DNA of 64,000 nt. It comes from Planctomycetota bacterium. GTDB taxonomy: Bacteria; Planctomycetota; UBA1135; UBA2386. The DNA is taken from assembly GCA_965228735.1 (NCBI GenBank), contig OZ245838.1:672001-736000 (forward strand), in the 5' to 3' direction. Shown piece after piece: positions 26,326-36,100 of the stretch (the stretch's first letter is position 1; each line of letters opens with the position of its first letter). The notes beneath the pieces are model-generated. The model ran no database searches. It had not been told where the DNA came from and was given only the letters and a program-made list of their open reading frames with translations. A program made the translations under genes and the position numbers.

Positions 26326-28829
26326 AGGCGCGCTCCGAGTGCCGCGGCCACGCGCAGCAGGTCCGCGAACACGCCAGCCGCCGTGACGTCGGGACCGGCA
26401 CCCGGGCCCTGCACGACGAGCGGGTTGTCGCGGTAGCGCCGCGTCGTGAACTGCACGACGTTGTCCGTCGGGCGGATGTTGGCGAACGGGTGATCGCGGT
26501 CGACGGCCGTGAGTCCGACCGTCGGTTGGCCGTCGCGCAGCAACCGCGCGACGTAGCGCAGGACCTTGCCCTCCGACCGGGCCTGCTGCAGCCGCTGTTG
26601 CATCGGCCCGTCGAGCGCTTCGAGATCGGCGAGGAACGCGTCGCGGTCGCCGGCCCGCAGCGATTCTGGCACGAGGTTCTCGACCGCGACCTGCGCGAGC
26701 GCGAGGTCGACGCCGAGCTCGCGGGCGAGGATCACGACCTTGCGCGCGACGTCCGTGCCCGACAGGTCCTCGCGCGGGTCGGGCTCGGTGTAGCCGTTCG
26801 CGCGGGCCTCGCGGACCAGCCCGGAGAACGGGCGGTCGCCGTCGAACCGATAAAACAGGTACGCGAGCGTGCCCGAGAGGATGCCCTCGATGGCGATCAC
26901 GTCGTCGCCGGTGTCGATGAGGTCGCGCAGCGTCGAGACGATCGGCAACCCCGCGCCGCACGTCGCCTCGTAGCGGAAGCGGGCGCCGGTGCGCGCCCCC
27001 GCGGCCCGGATCGCACGGAAGCGGTCGAGGTCGCCGGCGCCGGCGTGCTTGTTGGGCGTGATCACGTGCACGCCGTGGTCGAGCCACTCGGCGTAGCGAT
27101 CGGCGACCGCCGAGCTCGCGGAACAGTCGAGCATCACGGCGTGCGGCAGGTGGGGCGCGTTCACGTGGGCGAGCAGCGCGCGCTCGTCGAGCTCGATCGC
27201 GTCCTGCTCGAACCGTTCGCGCCACTCGCGCAGGTCGATGCCGCGGTCGTCGAGCAGCATCCTGCGGCTGCTCGCGATCGCGCGCACCCGGAGATCGAGG
27301 TTGGCCTCCTCGCGGAAGCGCGCGCTCGCGGCCGCGAGCTGGTCGAGCAGCGCGCTGCCGACCTGGCCGGGGCCGACGAGCCCGACGGAGAGCGTCTGCG
27401 CTGACAGGTAGAAGCCGGCGTGCACGGCGCGCAACGCGCGTTCGGCATCCGCGGCGGCGACCGCGACGGAGATGTTGCGCTCGGAGGCGCCCTGCGCGAT
27501 CGCCCGCACGTTGGTCTGGCTCTTGCCGAGCGACTCGAACAACCGGGCCGCGATGCCCGGTGTGCCCGCCATGCCGTCGCCGACGATCGCGAGCACGTGG
27601 ATGCCGTCGGTCGCGGTCACGGATTGGATCTGGCCGCGATCGAGCTCGCGGGTGAACGCGTCCCGCAGCACCCGCACCGCGCGTTCGCTGTCGGTCTCGC
27701 GAACGACGCAGCAGATCGAATGCTCGCTCGAACCCTGCGAGATCATCACGACCGAGATGCCGGCGTGGTGCAGGGCGCCGAAGACGCGCTCCGCCGTGCC
27801 CGGCACGCCGATCATGCCGGCGCCCGCGACGTCGACGATCGCCATGTCGCGGATCGTCGTGAGCCCCGCGACCGGCATGTCGGCGCGGGCGGCGGTGCGC
27901 TGCGCGGCGATGACCGTGCCCTCGTGCTCGGGCCGGAACGTGTTGCGGATGCGCAGCGGGATGCCGCGCGTGATCGCGGGCGCCATCGTCTGCGGGTGGA
28001 TCACCTTGGCGCCGAAGTAGGCGAGCTCGCAGGCCTCGTCGTAGGACAGCGATTCGAGCAGCACGGCTTCGGGGACGACGCGCGGGTCGGCCGACAGCAC
28101 GCCGTCGACGTCGGTCCAGATCTGGATCTCGGCGGCGTCGGCGAGGGCGCCGAAGATCGCGCACGAATAGTCGCTACCGTTGCGGCCGAGGGTCGTCACG
28201 TGGCCGTTCGGATCGCGCGCGACGAAGCCGGTGATCACGACGCGGTCGGCCGGGTGCTCGCGCCGCCAGTTCGCGAACCGGGCCCGAGTGGCGTCCCATT
28301 CGACGGCGACACCGAGCTCCTCGTGGCTGACGACGAGGACGTCGCGGGCGTCGAGGCAGGCGACCGGCTGGCCCGAGCGCTCGGTCATGACCGCCGTCAG
28401 CAGGTGGGCGGCGAACACCTCGCCGAGGCCCTGCACGAAAGCCATGGAGTCGGGCGACGGCGCGCCGACGACGGCGAGCGCGTGCAGCACGTCGTCGAGC
28501 ATGTCGAACTGCTCGCCGAGCCAGGTCGTGACCTTGCTGCCGTCTCCGTGCAGCTCCGCGGCAACGTCGACGTGGCGCCGTCGCAGGGCGGCGCTCGCCG
28601 TCCGCCAGTCGTCGCTGCGCGCGGCCGCGAGTTCGCCGAGTTCGATCAACGCGTCGGTGACACCGCCCATTGCGGACACGACGACGAACTGTCGCGACTC
28701 CGGGCGCGCCAGCAAGAGGTCGGCGACGTGGCTGATCCGTTCGGCGCTCGCGAGGCTGCTGCCGCCGAACTTGTGCGCGATCGCCGAGCCGCTGGTGGCC
28801 GCGGCCGAGGAGGGGGACGGAGAACTCAC
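26322..28829 (-). CDS. thrA: Bifunctional aspartate kinase / homoserine dehydrogenase I
   Basis: HKFGGSS, TLGRNGSDYS, two ACT domains, GPGQVG, TEPDPREDLSGTDVARK, GPGAG. Confidence 0.96.
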   Translation of the reverse strand: MSSPSPSSAAATSGSAIAHKFGGSSLASAERISHVADLLLARPESRQFVVVSAMGGVTDALIELGELAAARSDDWRTASAALRRRHVDVAAELHGDGSKVTTWLGEQFDMLDDVLHALAVVGAPSPDSMAFVQGLGEVFAAHLLTAVMTERSGQPVACLDARDVLVVSHEELGVAVEWDATRARFANWRREHPADRVVITGFVARDPNGHVTTLGRNGSDYSCAIFGALADAAEIQIWTDVDGVLSADPRVVPEAVLLESLSYDEACELAYFGAKVIHPQTMAPAITRGIPLRIRNTFRPEHEGTVIAAQRTAARADMPVAGLTTIRDMAIVDVAGAGMIGVPGTAERVFGALHHAGISVVMISQGSSEHSICCVVRETDSERAVRVLRDAFTRELDRGQIQSVTATDGIHVLAIVGDGMAGTPGIAARLFESLGKSQTNVRAIAQGASERNISVAVAAADAERALRAVHAGFYLSAQTLSVGLVGPGQVGSALLDQLAAASARFREEANLDLRVRAIASSRRMLLDDRGIDLREWRERFEQDAIELDERALLAHVNAPHLPHAVMLDCSASSAVADRYAEWLDHGVHVITPNKHAGAGDLDRFRAIRAAGARTGARFRYEATCGAGLPIVSTLRDLIDTGDDVIAIEGILSGTLAYLFYRFDGDRPFSGLVREARANGYTEPDPREDLSGTDVARKVVILARELGVDLALAQVAVENLVPESLRAGDRDAFLADLEALDGPMQQRLQQARSEGKVLRYVARLLRDGQPTVGLTAVDRDHPFANIRPTDNVVQFTTRRYRDNPLVVQGPGAGPDVTAAGVFADLLRVAAALGARL

Positions 28830-28984
28830 GGGACTTCAGATCGAACGGACGTCGGCGCGGACCGTAGCCGGAGTTCTCGTTCCGATCCCGTTCGGAGATC
28901 CCGGAATCGGGAGTAGATCCCGGCTCCCGGGCAACAGGTCGGGCGGGGCATTCGGCTACCGCCTGCTGTCCCCGAGGAGGCCCC

Positions 28985-30316
28985 ATGCGGATCCGTCATC
29001 TCCCGTCGCTCGTCACCGTCCTGTTCGTGCTCGCCGCCGCCACGGCCGCGGTCGTTCCGGCGCAGACGGAGCAGGCCCGCGACGGCGTCAAGCTCGTGCG
29101 GGTTCCCGAGCGCGTCGTGTTGCCGCCGGTGCCCGGCACGAATCTGCTCGTCGAGGCGCGGCCGACGCGGGCGCCCGACCGCATCTGGCTCGCGCGGGCC
29201 GAGGATCAGATCGGTGGTGTGCCGCTCTCGAGCAGCGGCGACGGTACCTGGCAGGTCAACCTCGCCGACCGGCGGGTCCTGCGGCTGCTGCCCGCCGGGC
29301 ACGCGGACGGGACCCTGCAGGTCTTCGCGCGATTCGGCGGTCGGACGGTCGCGAGCGCGCCGATCGCGTGGACGCGGCGCGAGCTGCCGCGCCAGGACGT
29401 GCGGTGCCTGCTCGTTTCGGCCGCGGGGCCGCGGCGCGAGGTCGAGGCCGGCCACGGCGTGTGGTTCGACCCGGCGACCGTCGAGCGCATCGAGATCCTC
29501 GGGGCCCGGGCGCCGCAGGCGCGCGTCATCGGTCGCGCCGGTGGTGTCGATCTGCCGTTCACCTACCGCGAGGCGGAACGCCGCTTCGAGCTGCAGCTCT
29601 CGGATGGATTGCGTGACAGCATGCAGGTGGCCGGCTTCTTCGACGTGGAGGTGCGCGTCGGGGAAGCGCTCGCGCTCTTTCCGAATCGCGTGATCCCCGA
29701 TCGTCTGCGCGGCGAGGAGGACCGCGAGTTCGTCGTGCTGCAGCGGCGGCGCGGCGACATCCCGGGCACGCGCGGCTGGCTCAACGTCCGGCTCGGCGAC
29801 ATCACGATGGGGCGCGTGGCGATGACGATCCGCGACGCGGCCGGCGGCATCGTCGCGGCGCCGCGCCTCGTGGACGAACGCGGGTTCGTCGAGTTCGAGC
29901 TCGGCACGGAGCGGTGCGTGCTGCGCATCGACAACCTGGTGAATCGACTGATCGGTGAGGATCACGCCGAACTCCGGGTGCTGCCGGCGAAGGACCACAG
30001 GCCGGACGTGATCGCGCTGCTGATCGCGCGCGTCGAAGCGAGCGCGGGCATCACGTTCTTGCGCGAGGGCAAGGAGTACGACAGTGCGACGGCGGCGCAG
30101 TTGCTGCGCGCCAAGGTCGGCAGCGTGCGCGGGCCGCGCCCGACGCCGGCGCAGTTCATCGAGCTCGGCAGTCGGTCGCGCACGACCGGCAACCCGTATC
30201 GGGTACGCCTCGCAGACGGCTCGGAACGGCCGGCGAAGGCGTGGCTGACCGAGTTGCTGCGCGAGGTCGAGAAGGCCGCCGGCCAGGCCGGTGGGGAACG
30301 CGCGCAGGACCGGTAG
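28985..30316 (+). CDS. Secreted protein with C-terminal DUF5329-like domain
   Basis: Signal peptide; C-terminal FLREGKEYDSATAAQLLRAK...SRSRTTGNPYRV...AWLTELL. Confidence 0.7.
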   Translation: MRIRHLPSLVTVLFVLAAATAAVVPAQTEQARDGVKLVRVPERVVLPPVPGTNLLVEARPTRAPDRIWLARAEDQIGGVPLSSSGDGTWQVNLADRRVLRLLPAGHADGTLQVFARFGGRTVASAPIAWTRRELPRQDVRCLLVSAAGPRREVEAGHGVWFDPATVERIEILGARAPQARVIGRAGGVDLPFTYREAERRFELQLSDGLRDSMQVAGFFDVEVRVGEALALFPNRVIPDRLRGEEDREFVVLQRRRGDIPGTRGWLNVRLGDITMGRVAMTIRDAAGGIVAAPRLVDERGFVEFELGTERCVLRIDNLVNRLIGEDHAELRVLPAKDHRPDVIALLIARVEASAGITFLREGKEYDSATAAQLLRAKVGSVRGPRPTPAQFIELGSRSRTTGNPYRVRLADGSERPAKAWLTELLREVEKAAGQAGGERAQDR

Positions 30317-30367
30317 CGCGGCCGCGACTTGCCGCGCGGGTCGCCGAGCCCCTACAACCGGCGGTGA

Positions 30368-31783
30368 ATGCTCGGCGACACGATCCTCGCACAGGCTACG
30401 GCGGACGGCGCAGGCGAGCGCGCGATCGTGCGGCTCTCGGGGCCGGCGGCGCGCGCGGTCGCGGCGCCGGTGTTCGCCCCGGCGTTGCCCGAGCAGCGTG
30501 GGCAGGCCGAGGGCACGCTGCGGATCCGTGACCGGGACGTGCCGGCGCTCGCGCTCGTGATGCCCGGGCCACGTTCGTTCACCGGCGAGGACGTCGTCGA
30601 GTTGCATCTGCCCGGGAGCCCGCTGCTCGTCGCCGGTCTGCGGGACGATCTGCTCGCGCGCGGCGCCGAGGCCGGCGTGCGACTCGCGCAGCCCGGTGAG
30701 TTCACCGCCCGCGCGTGCGCCAACGGGCGGCTCGATCTCGCGCAGGCCGAAGGGCTGCTCATGGTGCTGCACGCCGCCGATCGGCGCGCGCTCGCGACCT
30801 CGGCCCAGTGGCTGCGCGGCGGGATGTCGGAGGCGCTCGCGGCGCTGCGTGAGCGCCTTGGCGACGCGCTCGCGCTGCTCGAATCCGGGCTCGACTTCGA
30901 AGCGGGCGAGACCGGCACGGTGGCCGAGAGCGAGGTCGAGGCGCTGCTCGCGCCGGCGGGTGTCCGGATCGCCGAGTTGCGCGCGGCGCTGCCGGCGGCT
31001 GCCCCCGGGGGTGAGGTGCTGCTGCTCGGCGCGGCCAACGCCGGCAAGTCGTCGCTCTGCAACGCGCTCGCCAGACGCGCTGGAACGGCGACCCGGGAAC
31101 TGCTCGTCGATGCCGTCGCCGGCACGACGCGCGATCTCGTCCGGGTGCCGCTCGGGGCCTCGGGCGAAGGGGCCGGAGCGCACGGGGTCGGAGAGCACGG
31201 TGTCCGAGAGTACGGGGCTGTGCTGTGGGATGCGCCCGGCGACCTCGACGAGCCCGCGGCCTGGGACGCCGCCGCCTTGCAGCTGCGCGACCGTCTCGCG
31301 GGCCGGGCGGCCGCGGCGCTCGCGGTCATCGACGCGACGGCGCCGCGGTGGCCGGCGACTGGCGGAGCGACCGATCTGCCGTGGCTCGCGGTGGTGATCA
31401 CCAAGGCCGACGCGAGCGGCGAGGAACCGGCAGCGATCGAACGCGCCGTGCTCGCTGCACTCCCCGCCGCGGTCCGGGCGATCGCCGCGGACCTGCCGAG
31501 GATCACGACGAGTGCGACGACGGGCCTCGGGCTCGAGCCGCTGCTCGGCTTGTTGCAGCGCTCGGCCCGGGCCGCGACCACGGCCGCGGGCGCGCCGTTG
31601 CGCGCGCAGCTGCAGGCTGCCGCGGGTGCGCTCGAACGCGCCGACGACGCGCTCGCGCTCGGTCCCGAACTGGCCGTGGTCGAGTTGCAGGCCGCGCTCG
31701 CGGCGTTGGCCGTCGATGGCCGCGGTCATTCGGCGGAACCCGTGCTGGATCGGATCTACGGCCGGTTCTGCCTCGGCAAGTGA
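30368..31783 (+). CDS. mnmE: tRNA modification GTPase MnmE (divergent)
   Basis: IVRLSGP, PRSFTGEDVVELH, PGEFTARA, LDLAQAEG, NAGKSS, GTTRD, TKAD, C-terminal FCLGK. Confidence 0.9.
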   Translation: MLGDTILAQATADGAGERAIVRLSGPAARAVAAPVFAPALPEQRGQAEGTLRIRDRDVPALALVMPGPRSFTGEDVVELHLPGSPLLVAGLRDDLLARGAEAGVRLAQPGEFTARACANGRLDLAQAEGLLMVLHAADRRALATSAQWLRGGMSEALAALRERLGDALALLESGLDFEAGETGTVAESEVEALLAPAGVRIAELRAALPAAAPGGEVLLLGAANAGKSSLCNALARRAGTATRELLVDAVAGTTRDLVRVPLGASGEGAGAHGVGEHGVREYGAVLWDAPGDLDEPAAWDAAALQLRDRLAGRAAAALAVIDATAPRWPATGGATDLPWLAVVITKADASGEEPAAIERAVLAALPAAVRAIAADLPRITTSATTGLGLEPLLGLLQRSARAATTAAGAPLRAQLQAAAGALERADDALALGPELAVVELQAALAALAVDGRGHSAEPVLDRIYGRFCLGK

Positions 31784-31922
31784 TCCCGGTCCACCGGTCG
31801 GCCGTGGCCGGGGTCCGAGCGCGCCCTTCCGAGGGGCTCGACGCCCTGTGAGCGGATTGTTAGCATCCCGTGGGAAACCCTGGTTTGGTGGCCGCGGAAC
31901 GCAATTCCCGTGTTCTCGTCCT

Positions 31923-31952
31923 TTGACACACAAGGGGTTGGGGCGGTAACGT
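31923..31952 (+). promoter_or_regulatory. Putative sigma70 promoter for the nrdR operon
   Basis: TTGACA-18 bp-TAACGT upstream of nrdR. Confidence 0.55.
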
Positions 31953-32034
31953 CCCGAAGTCTCCTAGCGCTGGGTGCTCGAGGTCAGTCGACACCCGCTT
32001 CTGGTGCACCGTCTATCGGCAGCACCGTCTTGCA

Positions 32035-32616
32035 ATGCGTTGCCCTTACTGCAAAGCAGACAACGATCGGGTCATCGATTCGCGCGCGAGCGCCGATGGC
32101 TTCGCGATCCGGCGCCGCCGCGTGTGCGCCGACTGCGCGCGTCGCTACACCACCTACGAGCGTGTCGAGACGGCGCCGCTCCGCGTGGTGAAGAAGAGCG
32201 GCGACCGCGTGGCGTTCGATCGCGCCAAGTTGCTGTCGGGCATGGTGCGCGCATGCGAGAAGCGACCGGTGTCGCACGACGAACTCGAGACGGTCGCGGA
32301 CCGGATCGAGCGGCAGTGCATGGAGGCATTCGACAAGGAGGTGCCGAGCAAGGTGATCGGCAACCTCATCATGCAGGAGCTGCGGCAACTCGATCAGGTT
32401 GCCTACGTCCGGTTCGCGTCGGTCTATCGCGAGTTCAAGGACGTGACGGAGTTCCTCGAAGAGCTGAAGCCGATGCTCGATCCGTCGAAGATCGACGGCA
32501 AGCTCGGCGCGACGCTCGGCGGGACGGAAGTCGACGGTCAGCAGCGACTGCCGGAACAGCAGGGTCAGCAGGAATGGGAGGGCGGTCATGAGAAGGCGGA
32601 AGGAACATCTGGTTGA
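32035..32616 (+). CDS. nrdR: Transcriptional repressor NrdR
   Basis: MRCPYC, VIDSR, RRRRVCADC, TTYE, ATP cone, LDQVAYVRFASVYREF. Confidence 0.97.
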   Translation: MRCPYCKADNDRVIDSRASADGFAIRRRRVCADCARRYTTYERVETAPLRVVKKSGDRVAFDRAKLLSGMVRACEKRPVSHDELETVADRIERQCMEAFDKEVPSKVIGNLIMQELRQLDQVAYVRFASVYREFKDVTEFLEELKPMLDPSKIDGKLGATLGGTEVDGQQRLPEQQGQQEWEGGHEKAEGTSG

Positions 32617-33142
32617 GAAGCGCGACGGCCGTCGCGAGTTCATGCGCTCGACCAAGCTCGCGCGCTCGATCCATCTCGCGCTGCACAGTGTCGGCGTCGA
32701 CGAGGATTGGCGGGCCCTCGAGCTCGCGAGCGTCGTGCTCGCGGCGCTCCGCGAACGCGGTGCGGCGACGACCGTCGCGGCGACGGACCTCGTCAAGTCG
32801 GCCGGAACGCGGAAGCCGGGCGGCGGCAAGACCGGATCGCGCAAGAACGGTGCGCAGACGGCCGGCGCCGGCGGTGAGCCCGCCGTGATCCGCACGATCG
32901 ACATCGCGGACGCCGTGCAGCACGTTCTCGTCGCGACGGGGCAGCCGTCGGCGGCCGTGGCCTACGGTGCGGTGGGCGCGGAACGGGCGCGTCGCCATCG
33001 CACGCTCGCGACGCTCGGGCGCGCCGGTGACGGCGTCGGCTTCGACGCGGCGGCGAGTGGCTCGCGCCCCGGACAGGCGCTGCGCGGCGATCGCGACGTC
33101 GATCGCAGCTCGGACCGCAATTCCGATTTGGGGCGGAACTAG
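32588..33142 (+). CDS. Stand-alone ATP-cone-like protein
   Basis: VEKRDGRREF...KLARSI start and IDIADAVQHVL...AAVAY end; overlaps nrdR and ends 3 nt before smc. Confidence 0.65.
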   Translation: MRRRKEHLVEKRDGRREFMRSTKLARSIHLALHSVGVDEDWRALELASVVLAALRERGAATTVAATDLVKSAGTRKPGGGKTGSRKNGAQTAGAGGEPAVIRTIDIADAVQHVLVATGQPSAAVAYGAVGAERARRHRTLATLGRAGDGVGFDAAASGSRPGQALRGDRDVDRSSDRNSDLGRN

Positions 33143-33145
33143 TCG

Positions 33146-36100
33146 ATGCGCCTCAAGCGACTCGTTGCCCGCGGCTTCAAATCGTTCGCGGACCGAACGG
33201 AGTTCGAGTTCGACTCCCGGCTCACCGGCATCATCGGGCCGAACGGCTGCGGCAAGTCCAACGTCGTCGACGCGATCAAGTGGGTGCTCGGTGATCAGCG
33301 CGCCAAGAGCCTGCGCGGCACGGCGATGACCGACGTGATCTTCAAGGGCGCCGAGGGGCGCCCGGCGCTCGGCATGGCCGAGGTGACGATCACGTTCGAG
33401 TCGCCCGAAGAACGCAATGGTCGCACCGAGATCGACATCTCGCGGCGCCTGACCGTGGACAAGGAGTCGACCTACCTGCTCAACGGCGAGCAGGTCCGGC
33501 TCAAGGACGTGCGCGACGAGCTGCTCGATACCGGGCTCGGCACCGGCGGCTACTCCGTGATGGAGCAGGGCCGCATCGATGCCGTGCTGTCGGCCAACCC
33601 GGAGGCGCGGCGCGCGATCTTCGAGGAAGCCGCCGGCATCTCGCGCTTCAAGCTGCAGAAGAAGGAGGCGCTGCGCAAACTCGAGCGCACGGACCAGAAC
33701 CTCGCGCGTGCGACCGATCTGCTCGAAGAGCGCGCCCGGCGGATTCGGAGCCTGCGCATCCAGGCCGGCAAGGCCCGGCGGTGGCGTGAGCTGCAGGCCG
33801 AGTTGCGCGATCTGCGCGCGGCGCTCGCGGTGCTCGACGGCCGCCAGCTGCGTGCGGAGACCGAGACCATTCGTGAGCGGCTCGGCGAGTTGCAACAGGA
33901 GCACGGGGCGGCCGAAGAGGGTGGGCGCGCCAGCGCCGCCGAGCTCGCGATCGCGGATGAGGCGATCGTCGCTGCCGCGAACGCGCTCGAGGCCGTGCAG
34001 GCGGAGCTGTCAACCGCTCGCAACGAGCTCACGTCGCACACGGAGCGCGCGGAGGCGCAGGGGCAGCGGGCGTCCGATCTCGACGCGGAGATCGAGCGTG
34101 GCCGCCAGCGCGTGCGGGCGATCCACGACCAGCAGCAGGAGCGCCGCGGGGAGCTCACCGAGGCGCAGCAGGACCTGGCGTCGCGCGAGAGTGACCTCAT
34201 CGCGATCCACCGCGACCTCGAGGAGCAGCGCAAGAGCGTGCAGTCGGCCCTCGATGCGATGCGCGCGCTGCAGAGCGAGCGCGAGCAGCTGCGGGAGCGG
34301 CAGCTCGACCTGCTGCACCGGCGCACGCGGTCGCGCAACCTGGCCTCGGACGCGAGCGCCAAGATCGCGGCGGTGCGCGGGCGCGAGCAGCGGCTCGACG
34401 AACGCCGCGAGGTGCTCGGCGACGAGACGGGCAGCATCGATCGCGATGTCGCGACGTGGCGCGAGCAGCTCACCGAGCTGTCGACGCGTGAGCGCATTCT
34501 CGGCGAACGCGAGCAGCGGGCGTTGTCCGACCTCGAGGTCGCGGACGCCGCAGCCGCCGAACTCGCGCAGCGCGAGAGCGACCTGCGACGCGACCTCTCG
34601 CAGGTCGAGGGTCGGCAGCAGGCGCTGCAGGCGATGGAGGCCCACATGGAGGGCCTCGACGAGGCGCCGCGCTACGTGCTCGAGAAGCAGCCGCCCGGGC
34701 TGCGCGGGCGATTGCTCGATCTGATCGAGATCGACCTCGAGCACGGGGTCGCGCTCGAGGCCGCGCTCGGCCCGTTCGTGCAGGCGCTCGTCGTCGACAC
34801 GCGCGAGCACGCGGCGGCGATCGTCCGCGATCTCGCCGAACAGCGACTCGGTCGGGTGCTGCTGCTCGTCGAGGAGGCATTCGGCGAACAGCCGCGCGGT
34901 GGCTCGACGTTGCTCACGCCGCCGACCGGGGCGAACTACCTCACGGACCTCGTCCGGCACGTCCTCGAGGGCGAGGCGGACGACGACGGCGTGATCGCGC
35001 CGAACACGGGCAGCGAACGCCTCATGGCCTGGCTGCTGCGCGGCGTCGTGCTCGCCGACTTCGACATCGCGGACAGCGCGCGCGCCGACCTGTGCTTCGT
35101 GACGCCGGACGGGACGCTCGTCTGCGGGCCGCGCATGGAAGGCGGCGCCGTCGCCGAAGGGCATGCCGGGCTCGTCGTGCGCAAGTCGCAGATCCAGCGG
35201 CTCGGCGAGGAGGCCGCGGAGCTCGAGGAGCGCCTCGATGCGCAGCGGGTCGACAAGGACACCGCGGCGACGCGCGTGGCGCGCCTGAAGCGCGAGCTCA
35301 AGGAACTCGGCCACGGTCTGCAGGCCGTGCGGCGGTTGCGGCAGGAAGCCGAGGGCGAGGTCACGCGTCTCGCGGCGCGGCGGCGCGACGTCGACAACGA
35401 GCTCGGCGAGCTCGCGCTCGAAGCCGCGGAGCTGCGGCGCACCGAGAGCGGCGCGCTCGGGCGGCTCGGGGTCGCGTTGTTCGATCAGTTCCTGCTGTCG
35501 CGCATGGAGCAAGCGGTCGAGGCCGACGATTCGGCGCTCGACGAGCGCGTCAGGGCGGCGGAGCAGGCCAGCAAGGCCGAGCAGGACAAGGAGCAGGAGC
35601 TGCGCCTCAAGCAGGTGCAGACCGGTGAGGCGCGCGAAGGTCTCGTGCGTTCGATCCGGGTCCACGAAGCCGCGCTCGAGGATCTCGAGCGGGCCGGCCA
35701 GGAGGTCGAGGACCGCCAGCTCGATGCCGAATCCGATCGCGACCGGGCGCAACAGGAGCAGCAGCGGCTGCAGGACCTCGCGACCGAGGTCAGCGAACAT
35801 GTCGAGGGGCTCGAGCTGCAGAAGGGCGAGCGCCAGACGACGCTCGACGACGCGCGCACGGCGCGTGGACGCGTGCAGCAGCAGGTGCACGAGTGGGAGC
35901 AGCGCCGGTCGCTCGCGTCCGAGCAGCTGACGCAGGCGCGCCTGCAGCTCGCCGACGTCGAGCATCGCTTCTCGCGGCTCGAGGATCGGCTGCGCGAGGA
36001 CACCAGGATCGAGCTGCTGCGCTGTCTCGGCGAGGTGCGCGGCATCGGGCTCATCGACCAGCGCGGGTTCGTCGGGCCGCCGGCGCGGAGCGGCGTCGTG

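Noticed and set aside
28830..28984. Attenuator or riboswitch upstream of thrA
   Set aside because: No leader peptide, T-box or SAM/lysine motif recognisable; only weak GC-rich hairpins
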